This document shows positions 37,390 through 46,687 of a stretch of 64,000 nt of DNA, in pieces. The translations under genes were made by a program, and so were the position numbers. The stretch is from Myxococcota bacterium (GTDB lineage Bacteria > Myxococcota_A > UBA9160 > SMWR01): assembly GCA_036274295.1 (NCBI GenBank), contig DASUFZ010000341.1, positions 2,857 through 66,856 on the forward strand. Direction: 5' to 3'. Positions within the stretch are counted from its first letter, which is position 1. Every line of letters begins with the position of its first letter. The notes under the pieces are model-generated. The model worked only from the letters and a program-made list of their open reading frames with translations, was not told the origin of the DNA and did not search any database.

Positions 37390-38211
37390 TCAGCGCGCGA
37401 GCAGGACGGCGATCGGAGAGGTGCGCACCACCGCGGTCGAGTTGCTGCCCAGGAAGTACTCGGTGATGCGGTTGCGCCCGTAGGCTCCCATCACGATCAG
37501 GCCCGCGCGCACCTCGCGAGCCGAGTCGACGATCTTGACGTCGGGGCGCCCGAGCGTCGACGAGATCTCGCGCACCGGCACGGGCAGGCTGCCCACCAGC
37601 CCGCGCACCTCCTCGAAGCGCGCGACCGCGCGGCCCTTGTCCTTCGAGTCGACGAACACGTGGATCGGCTCGCCCGCCCGCGTGGCGATCTGCACGGCCA
37701 GGTTCGCGCCGATGCGCGAGCCCGGCGAGCCGTCGAAGGCGAGCACGATCGGGCCGGAGAGCGGCGCGCCGGCCGGCACGACCAGCGCGGAGCGCGCGGT
37801 CTTGCGGATCACGCCGTCGACCGTCGAGCCGATCAGGCCCGTGCGGTACGGGGCGTCCATGCCGTCGCGTCCGAGCACGCAGAGATCCGCCTGCTGGCCC
37901 TTCTCGACGATGCGGTCGTCGGCCGTGCCGTCCGCGACCTCGCAGCTCTGCTCGACGTTCTCTCCGCGCGCGCGCTCCGCGAGCCGGCGCATCGCCGCCT
38001 CGGCGCGGCTCTTCAGGTAGCTCGCGACCGGCTCCGCGGACGGCGGTGACACGCCGAGTCCGTCGTCGCGGAAGCCGCGCGCCAGGCGGTCCTCCACCAC
38101 GCACAGGCCGAGCAGACGCGCCCGCATGCGAGCCGCCAGCGCGACACCCGCGCGCTCCGCATGAGACGCCGCTTCCGAGCCGTCGGTCGCCACCAGGATG
38201 GTCGAGATCAT
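37390..38211 (-). CDS. tandem universal stress protein (UspA) domain protein
   Basis: 273 aa. Two Usp domains (ILVATDGSEAAS..., IVLAFDGSPGS...) each ending in a G..G...GS motif. Confidence 0.85.
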   Translation of the reverse strand: MISTILVATDGSEAASHAERAGVALAARMRARLLGLCVVEDRLARGFRDDGLGVSPPSAEPVASYLKSRAEAAMRRLAERARGENVEQSCEVADGTADDRIVEKGQQADLCVLGRDGMDAPYRTGLIGSTVDGVIRKTARSALVVPAGAPLSGPIVLAFDGSPGSRIGANLAVQIATRAGEPIHVFVDSKDKGRAVARFEEVRGLVGSLPVPVREISSTLGRPDVKIVDSAREVRAGLIVMGAYGRNRITEYFLGSNSTAVVRTSPIAVLLAR

Positions 38212-38230
38212 GCCGTTCTCCGCAGCCTCG

Positions 38231-39766
38231 TCAGGACAGCCAGCGTCCGAACGAGGTTCCCCAGATCATGCGCAGCGCGCGCTGGAGCAGGCGCAGCTTG
38301 CGCGCGGAATACGGATACCAGAGAGGTTCCGTCTTTCCGCCGAAGCGATCGACGAGGATGGACTGCACGCGGCAGTAGCCCTGCAGGCCGAGCTCGCCGT
38401 TCACGCGGCCGATGCCGCTCTGCTTGACGCCGCCGAAGGGCGACTCCGTCACGCCGTAGGTGAGCATGCAGTCGTTCACGACCACGCAGCCCGATTCGAT
38501 CGCGCGCGCGAGCTGCGTGCCGCGGCGCTTGCTCTTCGTCCACACGTTGGCGTTGAGCCCGTAGGGCGAGTCGTTGGCCAGCGCGAGCGCCTCGTCCTCG
38601 TCGCGCACGCGCATGATCGGGAGCACCGGACCGAAGGTCTCGTCGCGCATCACCTTCATGTCGTGCGTGACGTCGACGAGCACGGTCGGCTCGTAGAAGA
38701 GCCCCGCGCACGACGGGTTGCGGCGGCCGCCCGCCAGCACGCGCGCGCCGCTCGCGACGGCGTCGCGCACGTGCTCCTCGATGATGCCGAGCTGCTTCGC
38801 GTCGATGATGGCGCCGACGTCGAATTCGCCGGTCGCGCCCTGGCGCAGCCGTCCGGTCTCCTCCACCACCTTGCGCGTGAAGGCGTCGGCGATCTCGTCG
38901 ACCACGTAGACGCGCTCCGTCGACGTGCACACCTGGCCCGAGTTCGTGAAGGCGCCGTACACCGCGCCGCGCGCGGCGCGCTCGAGGTCCGCATCGGCGC
39001 ACACGATCATCGGGTCCTTGCCGCCGAGCTCGAGCGTGCAGGGGACGAGGTTGCGGCCGCAGGTCTCGGCGACGCGTCGCCCGGTCGCGACGCTGCCGGT
39101 GAACGAGATCTTGTCGACGCCGGCTTCGAGCAGCGCGGCGCCGGTCTCGCCGTCGCCCTGCACCAGCTGGAAGACGCCTTCCGGCAGGCCGACCGAGGTG
39201 AAGAGCTCCTCGACGAGCTGGCCGCTCTTCGGCGTCACCTCGGAGGGCTTCAGCACGACGCTGTTGCCCGCCACCAGGGCCTGCAGGGTCGGGTTCAGCG
39301 AGAGGATGAAGGGGAAGTTCCAGGGCGTGATGATGCCGATCACGCCGAGCGGCTTGTACGAGATGCGAAGCTTCTTGGTCTTCAACAGGTGCACCGGCAC
39401 CGTGCGCTCGGCCAGGATGCGGCCGGCCCGCTTCGCGTAGAACTGGAGGGCGTCGCAGGCCGTGATGACCTCGGTGGTCAGGGCCTCGAGCTCGGGCTTG
39501 CCCGTCTCGGCGACGATCGCGGCGACGAACTCGTCCTGGCGCGCGGCGAGCTGACGCGCGGCCCGCTCGAGGTATCGCCCGCGGTCGGCATACGAGAGGG
39601 CCGCCCAGGCCGGCTGGGCCTTGCGCGCGCGCTCGACCGCACCGCGTACGTCCGCCGGCGTCGCGATTTCGATCTCACCGAGGGGCGCCAGCGTGGCCGG
39701 ATTGGACATGCGCAGGCGCCGACGCGAGCCGGGCGTCGCAGCTTCGATGCGTTCGACGATCGCCAT
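38231..39766 (-). CDS. NAD(P)-dependent aldehyde dehydrogenase
   Basis: 511 aa with ITPWNFPF, the catalytic ELGGKDP and FTNSGQVCTSTERV. Confidence 0.9.
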   Translation of the reverse strand: MAIVERIEAATPGSRRRLRMSNPATLAPLGEIEIATPADVRGAVERARKAQPAWAALSYADRGRYLERAARQLAARQDEFVAAIVAETGKPELEALTTEVITACDALQFYAKRAGRILAERTVPVHLLKTKKLRISYKPLGVIGIITPWNFPFILSLNPTLQALVAGNSVVLKPSEVTPKSGQLVEELFTSVGLPEGVFQLVQGDGETGAALLEAGVDKISFTGSVATGRRVAETCGRNLVPCTLELGGKDPMIVCADADLERAARGAVYGAFTNSGQVCTSTERVYVVDEIADAFTRKVVEETGRLRQGATGEFDVGAIIDAKQLGIIEEHVRDAVASGARVLAGGRRNPSCAGLFYEPTVLVDVTHDMKVMRDETFGPVLPIMRVRDEDEALALANDSPYGLNANVWTKSKRRGTQLARAIESGCVVVNDCMLTYGVTESPFGGVKQSGIGRVNGELGLQGYCRVQSILVDRFGGKTEPLWYPYSARKLRLLQRALRMIWGTSFGRWLS

Positions 39767-39930
39767 CGCTCTCCCGCGTCACCGGAGCGCAACGCGCTCC
39801 GATCGCGCATCCAGCGGGTCGTCCCGTCCACTTCCCCGGAGGTGAGGTCGAGCTTACGAGACCCCCGCGGGACATGTCAATCGAATCCCGCACGGGAAAG
39901 GCGGGCTAAGAGAGGATTGGCGGCGCTGCT

Positions 39931-41400
39931 GTGAAGCACCTCACACCGGCAGGCGCGGACGCGACGCCATGCTGGTCGCGCGCCACTCTTGGGCGCCTTG
40001 CTGTGGGAATCCAATTGAGGGCCCCCGTGCACGCTGGCGCCGCGGAAGCGGCGCCGCTCGAGGAACACCTGGAGCCCGCGCCGCCGACGTTCGGCGTCTG
40101 GGAGCTCGCCTGGCCTTCGATGGCGCTCTACGCGCTCCACGCGCTGGTCGGGCTCGTGGATTTCGCCTTCGTGGCGACGCTCGGCACCGGTGCGATCGCG
40201 GCGGTCGGCGTCGCCATGCAGATCCACTTCTTCGTGTTCGGCCTGCTGGCGGCGATCACCACCGGAACCCTGGCCGTGGTGGCGCGCGAGGTCGGCGGCG
40301 GCCACTGGAACGAGGCCGCGCGCGCGACGCGCGTATCCCTCGCGCTCTCCGCCGCCCTCGGCGCGCTGCTGACGGCCGCGGCGCCCTGGTCGCGCGGGAT
40401 CGTGTCCCTGCTCGGTGTCGAGGCGGAGGTCGCCGACCTCGGCGGCGCCTGCCTCGCGACGCTCCTCTGCTTCAACGTTCCCCTCGCGCTCGAGATCGCG
40501 CTGTCGATGGCGCTGCGCGGCGCGGGCGACGTCCGCACGCCGCTCGCGGTCGGCGTGCTGACGAACGTGCTGAACGTGGGCCTCTGCTACGGCCTGGTCT
40601 TCGGCCGCCTGGGGTTACCGGAGCTCGGCGCGATCGGCTCCTCCGTCGCCGGGGGCATCTCGGTCACGGCAGGCGCCGTGCTCATGGCACTGCTCTGGTG
40701 GAGCGACGCGCTGCGCCTGCCGCGTCGGACGAGCGGGCCCTCGCTCACGTCGTCGACGAGCTGGCGCCTGCTGCGCATCGGCCTCCCGACCGCGGCCGAG
40801 CAGACCGCCTTCCAGCTCGGACTGCTGATCTTCCTCGCCATCATCGCGCGCTACGGGACGCCGGCGGTCTCCGCGTATCTGATCGGCGTGCGCATCCTCT
40901 CGCTCTGCTTCGTGCCCGGGCTCGGCTTCTCGGCGGCGGCCGCCACCCTGGTGGGTCAACGGCTCGGCGCCGCCGAGGCCTTGCAGGCGAAGCGCCTCGG
41001 CTGGCGGGCCTGCGGGCACGCGATCGCCGTGATGTCCGGCGTCGGCCTCTCGATCGCGCTCGCGGCCCCGACGCTCGCGCACATCTTCGGGGCGGCCGGT
41101 GACGAGACGATCGCGCTCTCGGTCGTCTTCATCCACATCCTCGGCGCCGCACAGCCGCTGATGGCCGTCGAGTTCGCGCTCGGCGGCGCGCTGCGCGGGG
41201 CGGGCGACACCCGCTTCCCGCTCTACGCGATCCTGATCGGCCTCTTCTTCTTCCGGCTGGGGGCGGCCTGGGCGATCGCGCGGCCGCTCTTCGGCAGCGT
41301 CACCGCGGTCTGGCTGTGCCTGCTCGCCGACTACGCCGTGAAGGCGCTGCTGCTCAGCCTGCGCTTCGCGTCGAACCGGTGGATGAGCGCGCGCGTGTAG
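39931..41400 (+). CDS. MATE-family efflux transporter
   Basis: 489-aa listed ORF with 12 TM-like segments and a typical VWELAWPSMALYALHALVGLVD start region. The true start may be GTG ~40027. Confidence 0.85.
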   Translation: MKHLTPAGADATPCWSRATLGRLAVGIQLRAPVHAGAAEAAPLEEHLEPAPPTFGVWELAWPSMALYALHALVGLVDFAFVATLGTGAIAAVGVAMQIHFFVFGLLAAITTGTLAVVAREVGGGHWNEAARATRVSLALSAALGALLTAAAPWSRGIVSLLGVEAEVADLGGACLATLLCFNVPLALEIALSMALRGAGDVRTPLAVGVLTNVLNVGLCYGLVFGRLGLPELGAIGSSVAGGISVTAGAVLMALLWWSDALRLPRRTSGPSLTSSTSWRLLRIGLPTAAEQTAFQLGLLIFLAIIARYGTPAVSAYLIGVRILSLCFVPGLGFSAAAATLVGQRLGAAEALQAKRLGWRACGHAIAVMSGVGLSIALAAPTLAHIFGAAGDETIALSVVFIHILGAAQPLMAVEFALGGALRGAGDTRFPLYAILIGLFFFRLGAAWAIARPLFGSVTAVWLCLLADYAVKALLLSLRFASNRWMSARV

Positions 41401-41833
41401 TCGAGAGGCGCCGGGGCCGCGAGCCCGGGACGCCCGCGAAGTAGCGCAGCAGGTCCGTCTCGGTCAGCAGGCCGACGAGATCGTCGCCCTCGACCACGGG
41501 CAGGCAGCCGATCTTCTTCTCGGCCATCACCAGCGCCGCCTCTTCGGGCGTCGCGTCGGGGTGTATGGTGACCGGCGGCGACGACATCACGCGGCGGATC
41601 TCGACCGCCTGCAGGAACGCGCGCCGTTGCTCGTTGCCGAAGGAGGTGAGGTTCGAGAGCGAGGCGCGCAGCAGGTCGCGCTCGGAGACGACGCCGACCA
41701 GACGCCCGCCGCGCACCACGGGCATGTGGCGCACCCGTCCGAGCGTCATGATATCCTCGACCGTCGAGAGTCGATCGTCTGCGCTGATGGTGACGATCTT
41801 CTCGGCCATGATGTCGCGAACGCGGCGTCCCAT
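41354..41833 (-). CDS. CBS-pair domain protein
   Basis: 159 aa. Two CBS motifs (VRDIMAEKIVTISADD...RHMPVV, VMSSPPVTIHPD...IGCLPVV). Its 3' end overlaps the MATE gene 3' end (convergent). Confidence 0.85.
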   Translation of the reverse strand: MGRRVRDIMAEKIVTISADDRLSTVEDIMTLGRVRHMPVVRGGRLVGVVSERDLLRASLSNLTSFGNEQRRAFLQAVEIRRVMSSPPVTIHPDATPEEAALVMAEKKIGCLPVVEGDDLVGLLTETDLLRYFAGVPGSRPRRLSTTRARSSTGSTRSAG

Positions 41834-41856
41834 AGCTGGAGAGCGATTCTACTCCA

Positions 41857-42279
41857 ATGGCAGAGCGGCGTGGGAAACGGAGCGAGACGCTCGACGCCAG
41901 CAGCAACTCTGCCGCAACGGGCACCTCGGGCCCCCTCTCCGCCATTCCGGAGCTGATGCGCCGCGCGATCGCCATGGGACTCTCGGGCTTCTTCTTCACC
42001 GAGGAGGCGATCCGCAAGGCGCTCGGCGATGCGATGCCGAAGGACCTCCAGGACTTCGCCGTCGACCAGAGCCGCCGCACGCGCGCCGAATTCCTGGAGC
42101 GGCTGTCCTACGAGATCGGCCGCACGCTCGAGAACGTCGACGTCGCGGCGGTGCTCGCGCAGCTGCTCGCGGGCCGCACGCTCGAGGTGAACGCGCGCAT
42201 CCGCCTGCGCGACGGCGACGAGGGCCGCGGCGGGCCGCGCTTCAAGGTCGAGGTGGAGCGCGACGAGGACCCGGAGTGA
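41857..42279 (+). CDS. hypothetical soluble protein (140 aa)
   Basis: Non-degenerate sequence (LSGFFFTEEAIRKALGDAMPKDLQDFAVDQSRRTRAEFLERL). The stop overlaps the next start (GTGA). No family recognised. Confidence 0.5.
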   Translation: MAERRGKRSETLDASSNSAATGTSGPLSAIPELMRRAIAMGLSGFFFTEEAIRKALGDAMPKDLQDFAVDQSRRTRAEFLERLSYEIGRTLENVDVAAVLAQLLAGRTLEVNARIRLRDGDEGRGGPRFKVEVERDEDPE

Positions 42280-43565
42280 GCGACGCCGGCCGCCGCACGC
42301 GCGCGGCGCTCGGCTGGCTCGCGCTGCTCCTGCTCTTCGCATTCTCCGCGTGTGTCCATCACGGGGTCGGACCGCTCCGCGCCGGCGGGCCGCTCCCCTG
42401 GTACGCGCCGCGCGCCGTCCTGTTCGCGAACGACGCGACGGCCGCGCTGCTGGATCCGCCCGCGCTCGCCTTCGCGGCGTTGGGACTTCCCGCGCTGCTG
42501 CTCGCGGTCTGCATCGTCGTCGCCACCGAGTCCGCGCTGGCCGCCGCGCTCGCGGCATCGTGCGTCGTCGCGATCCTGCTCTTCGTCTTCTACGGCGTGG
42601 TCGCGCCGTTTCCGTGGGAGTTCTTCGGCTGGCGCGGCTCGCTGACGATCTTCCTGGTGGCGCTCGCGCTGGGCTTCGCGCTCGCGGCGCCGCTGCTGGC
42701 CCGCAGCTGGCTCGCCTTGCGCTGGCCGGCGCGCACGGCCGCCTTCGCGCCGTTCGCGCTGGCGGTGCTGGCCTTCCTGCGCAACGCCACCGGCACGGAC
42801 GCGTCGCTGCCCTTCGCGATCTCACCCTGGCCCGCCGTGCCGGTCTTCGGGCTCGAGGTCGGCGCGCTGCTGATCGCGATCTGCCTCGCCGGCGCGGCGC
42901 TCGGGCTCGCCTGGATCGCGCGGCGCGGCGGACCGGCGCGGGCGCGCGCGCTCCTCGTCGGCGCGGCGCTCGGTGTCGCCGCGGCGCTGGCCATCCTCGC
43001 AGGCGGCTCGTCGGCGGGACTCTTCCCGTTCAGCGTCTCGACGCGCTCGCTCGTGCCGCCGGCGCTCGCCTGCATCGCCGCGATCCTGGTGGCGAGCCGC
43101 ATCGGCGTCCGTAGCGACGCACAGGTCGCCGCGCGCGCGCGCGTCCTCGGCGTCGGCGCGGCGCTGGTCGGCGTGCCTCTGCTCGCGGGCCAGGCCTGGG
43201 CGTGGTCCGACTACCATCGGACGCGCGACGTCCGCGCGCGCGAGATCATCGACGCGCTGCACACCTGGGTCGAGCGCGCGAGCCTCTACCCGGACGAGCT
43301 CGACGAGCTGGTGCAGGCGCACCTGCTCGAACGCATCCCCGAGCCGGCCATCGGCTTCCCGTGGCTCTACGACGGCCGTTTCCGCTACGAGAGCTACGGC
43401 ACGAGCTACCTGCTGGAGTTCCCCGCTCCGCGCTGGGTGCAGTGCCACTACACGCCGGCGCCGCTCGCCGAGGACCTCGACGAGGACGAGAAGGCCGAGC
43501 TCGCCGCGGAGGGCGGGCTGGAGGAGTCGTGGTCGTGCCCGTCGGCCCCGCCGGAGCTGTGGTGA
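42276..43565 (+). CDS. hypothetical polytopic membrane protein with a C-terminal soluble domain
   Basis: C-terminal 430 codons of ORF 41565..43565. GTG 42276. Lipobox-like LLLLFAFSAC, about 8 TM segments, then a ~110-aa acidic soluble tail. Confidence 0.55.
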   Translation: MSDAGRRTRAALGWLALLLLFAFSACVHHGVGPLRAGGPLPWYAPRAVLFANDATAALLDPPALAFAALGLPALLLAVCIVVATESALAAALAASCVVAILLFVFYGVVAPFPWEFFGWRGSLTIFLVALALGFALAAPLLARSWLALRWPARTAAFAPFALAVLAFLRNATGTDASLPFAISPWPAVPVFGLEVGALLIAICLAGAALGLAWIARRGGPARARALLVGAALGVAAALAILAGGSSAGLFPFSVSTRSLVPPALACIAAILVASRIGVRSDAQVAARARVLGVGAALVGVPLLAGQAWAWSDYHRTRDVRAREIIDALHTWVERASLYPDELDELVQAHLLERIPEPAIGFPWLYDGRFRYESYGTSYLLEFPAPRWVQCHYTPAPLAEDLDEDEKAELAAEGGLEESWSCPSAPPELW

Positions 43566-44941
43566 GCGTGGAGCGACACCTGCGCGCGTCGGAGCGCATC
43601 TATCGCGCCCAGCGCATCGGCACGACCTTCGGCCGTACCTATCTCGGCATCCGCGCGACCCGCTTCATCGCGCGCCGCCTGCGCCCGCACGACATGGACG
43701 AGCGCTGGGCGCGCCTGCACCGCACCAACGCCGCGTCCATCTACGAGACCGCCGTCGAGCTGCGCGGCCTCATCCTCAAGGGTTGCCAGTTTCTCGGCAC
43801 GCGCGCCGACGTTCTGCCGCCGGAGTACGTCGAGGCGCTCTCGCGCCTGCACGACCGCGTGCCGCCGAAGGCTTTCGGCGTCGTCGCGGCGACGATCGAG
43901 GCGGAGCTCGGGCGCCCCGTGCAGGAGATCTTCTCGCACATCGAGCGCGAGCCGGTCGCGGCGGCGTCGCTCGCGCAGGTACACCGCGCGGTGCGCAAGG
44001 ACGGCCGCGTGGTCGCCGTGAAGGTGCAGTACCCGGAGATCGCGGCGCTCGTGCGCGCCGATCTCGCGAGTCTGCGCCTGCTCTTCCGCACGGTCGCCTT
44101 CCTCGAGCGCGACTTCGACCTGATGCCGCTCGTGGAGGAGCTGCAGCAGAGCGTGCCGCGCGAGCTCGATTTCGAGAACGAGGGCCGCAATGCCGAGCGG
44201 GTCGCGTCGTTCTTCGCCGACCAGCCGGAGATCCACGTCCCGCGCGTGCACTGGGACCTGACCCGCAAGCGCGTGCTCGTGATGGACTTCGAGCCGGGCA
44301 TCAAGGTGACGGACGTCGCGGGGCTGCGCGCCGCCGGCGTCGACGTCGATCGCGTGGCGTCGATCCTCGTCTCCGCCTACTGCGAGCAGATCCTCGCGCG
44401 CGGCTTCTTCCACGCGGATCCGCATCCGGGCAACCTGCTCGTGCAGCCCGGTCCCGACGGCCCGCGCGTCGTCTTCCTCGACTTCGGGCTCGCCAAGGAG
44501 CTGCCCGAGAGCTTCCGCGCGGGCGTGCTCGACTTCGCGGCCGCGCTCCTGCGCGGCGATGCCGAGGCCATGGCCGGCGCGATGGGCCGCCTCGGCTTCG
44601 AGACGCGCGACGGCAGCGACGCGGGCCTCCTCGACATCGCGCGCTTCGTGCTCGATGCCGCGCAGCGCGTGCGCGCGCAGGCGACCGTCGACCGCGAGCT
44701 CGCCGAGACCCTGCGCGCCGAGCTGCCGCGCCGCATCCGCGAGAATCCGCTCGTGCGCGTGCCCTCGCACCTCGTGCTGGTGGGCCGCGTCGTCGGCCTG
44801 CTCTCGGGGCTGACCCGCAGCCTCGAGACGCGCGCGGATCTCGTGCGCGCGATCCTGCCCTATGCGTTCGGCAAGCGGCCGCAGGCCGCGCGCAGCGAGC
44901 CGCAGGCGAGCGAAGTCGACCAAAAGAGCAAGCGGCCCTAG
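43562..44941 (+). CDS. ABC1/UbiB-family atypical protein kinase
   Basis: C-terminal 460 codons of ORF 43202..44941. PVAAASLAQVHRAV...VAVKVQYP, FHADPHPGNLLV and FLDFG. GTGA overlap with the upstream stop. The last ~23 codons run through a dispersed repeat copy. Confidence 0.85.
   Translation: MSVERHLRASERIYRAQRIGTTFGRTYLGIRATRFIARRLRPHDMDERWARLHRTNAASIYETAVELRGLILKGCQFLGTRADVLPPEYVEALSRLHDRVPPKAFGVVAATIEAELGRPVQEIFSHIEREPVAAASLAQVHRAVRKDGRVVAVKVQYPEIAALVRADLASLRLLFRTVAFLERDFDLMPLVEELQQSVPRELDFENEGRNAERVASFFADQPEIHVPRVHWDLTRKRVLVMDFEPGIKVTDVAGLRAAGVDVDRVASILVSAYCEQILARGFFHADPHPGNLLVQPGPDGPRVVFLDFGLAKELPESFRAGVLDFAAALLRGDAEAMAGAMGRLGFETRDGSDAGLLDIARFVLDAAQRVRAQATVDRELAETLRAELPRRIRENPLVRVPSHLVLVGRVVGLLSGLTRSLETRADLVRAILPYAFGKRPQAARSEPQASEVDQKSKRP
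44872..44920 (+). repeat. dispersed double-hairpin repeat, copy C (inside the 3' end of the ABC1 kinase ORF)
   Basis: CAAGCG, then hairpin GCGGCC-GCA-GGCCGC, then a core identical to copy A (44890..44915). About 30 nt are identical to 15132..15161. Confidence 0.7.
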
Positions 44942-45123
44942 TCGCCCTTGCCGTCGGCGCGCGTGAAGGTCAGGAAGGCCATGCTCGGGCGCTTCGACGA
45001 ATCGCGCATCGCGAACTGCATGGTGTCGAAGGTCCAGCCCTGGCCGGTCCACTCGTTCAGGAGCTGCTCCAGCACCTGATCGGTGACGTCGCTCGTCTCG
45101 ACGACCTTGTAGCGAATCGGCAC
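44938..45123 (-). CDS. small DUF4177-like protein
   Basis: 61 aa, MPIRYKVVETS...LNEWTGQGWTFDTM. Pattern resembles DUF4177 (from memory). Confidence 0.5.
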   Translation of the reverse strand: MPIRYKVVETSDVTDQVLEQLLNEWTGQGWTFDTMQFAMRDSSKRPSMAFLTFTRADGKGD

Positions 45124-45151
45124 CCCTGCCCCCTCCGGTCGGCGCAGTACC

Positions 45152-46687
45152 CTATCGGTCCTGATTCGCGGCGGCCACGTGCTCCGCGAGCGCGAGCACG
45201 AGCGCGCGCGGGCTCGCCTCGGCCGCGATGACGTCCGCCGGCAGCCCCGCCTGCGCCAGCGCGCGCGCCGTCACCGGTCCGATCGCCGCCACCGCCGTGC
45301 GTCGCGCGGCCGCGAGCGCTCGCGCGTCGAGCAGCGCGACGAAATGGCGCACCGCGGACGGGCTCGCGAAGGTGAGCGCCGTGAACGCGCCGGCCTCGAG
45401 CTCGGCACGCAGCGCCGGCGCGTCGACCTCCGCGGGCAAGGTGCGATACGCGATCGGCGCGTCGACCTCCGCGCCCGCGCGCCGCAGGCCGTCCGGCAGC
45501 GCATCGGATGCCAGCGCCGAGCGCGGCAGCAGGAAGCGCCGACCCTCGGGCGCGAGCCCGCGCAGCAGCTCGAGCAGGCTCTCCGCGTCGCCGCGGCGCG
45601 CCGGCAGCGCCTGCGCCGCGAAGCCGGCCGCACGCGCAGCGTCGCCGGTGGCGGGGCCGACGCAGAAGGCGGTGCGGTCCGCCAGCGCCAGATCGATGCC
45701 GCGCTGACGCGCGCGCGCCGCGACGAAGCGCACCGCGTTCGAGCTGGTGAAGACGACGGCGTCGTAGCTCCCGATGCGGGTCAGCGCCGCGTCGAGGGGC
45801 GCCGGATCCTCGGGCGGCATCAGCTGGATCATCGGCACGACCACCGGCAGCGCTCCCTCCGACGCGAGCGCCTGCGCCAGATCGCCCGCCTGCTCGTCGC
45901 TGCGCGTCACCAGCACGCGTCTAGCGAAGAGCGGCTGGCGCTCGAACCACGCGAGATCCGAACGGAGCCGCACCACGTCGCCGACCACGAGCAGCGCGGG
46001 CGCGCCGAGCCCCGCCGCGCGCGCGCGCGCCGCGATCTCGGAGAGCGTCGCTTCGACCACGCGCTGCGTCGGCAGCGTGCCATCCGACACCACCGCGGCG
46101 GGCGTTCCCGACGGGCGGCCCGCCGAGATCAGGCGCTGCGCGATCTCCTCGAGGTTACGCATGCCCATCAGCACCACGAGCGTGTCGGTCGCATGCGCGA
46201 GCAGATCCCAGCGCATCTCCTGCGCCGGTTTGCCGGGATCCTTGTGCCCGGTGGCGACCGCGAAGGACGCGCCGTGACGGCGATCGGAGAGCGGGATGCC
46301 GGCGTACGCCAGCGCGCCGAAGATCGACGAGACGCCCGGCACCACCTCGAAGGGAATGCCTGCGCGCGCGCAGGCGCTCGCCTCCTCGCCGCCGCGCCCG
46401 AACACGTAGGCATCGCCGCCCTTCAGCCGCACGACCGTCTTGCCCTCGGCGGCGAGGCGCAGCAGCAGGTTCGTGATCTCCTCCTGCGGCAAGGTCGGCG
46501 CATCGTGGCCGCGCTTGCCGACGTCGATGCGCTGCGCGTCGGGCGGCGCGAGCGCCAGCAGCGCGTCGGGGGCGAGCGCGTCGTACACGACGGCGTCGGC
46601 GTTCCGCAGCGCCTCGGCGCCGCGCAGGGTGACGAGATCCGGCGCACCGGGTCCCGCGCCGACCAGGATGACGCGTCCGCGTTTCAC
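45152..46687 (-). CDS. uroporphyrinogen-III C-methyltransferase / uroporphyrinogen-III synthase fusion
   Basis: C-terminal 512 codons of ORF 45152..47572. SUMT N-terminus VILVGAGPGAPDLVTLRG and RLKGGDAYVFGRGGEE. HemD-like C-terminal half. GTGA overlap with the hemC stop. Confidence 0.9.
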   Translation of the reverse strand: MKRGRVILVGAGPGAPDLVTLRGAEALRNADAVVYDALAPDALLALAPPDAQRIDVGKRGHDAPTLPQEEITNLLLRLAAEGKTVVRLKGGDAYVFGRGGEEASACARAGIPFEVVPGVSSIFGALAYAGIPLSDRRHGASFAVATGHKDPGKPAQEMRWDLLAHATDTLVVLMGMRNLEEIAQRLISAGRPSGTPAAVVSDGTLPTQRVVEATLSEIAARARAAGLGAPALLVVGDVVRLRSDLAWFERQPLFARRVLVTRSDEQAGDLAQALASEGALPVVVPMIQLMPPEDPAPLDAALTRIGSYDAVVFTSSNAVRFVAARARQRGIDLALADRTAFCVGPATGDAARAAGFAAQALPARRGDAESLLELLRGLAPEGRRFLLPRSALASDALPDGLRRAGAEVDAPIAYRTLPAEVDAPALRAELEAGAFTALTFASPSAVRHFVALLDARALAAARRTAVAAIGPVTARALAQAGLPADVIAAEASPRALVLALAEHVAAANQDR

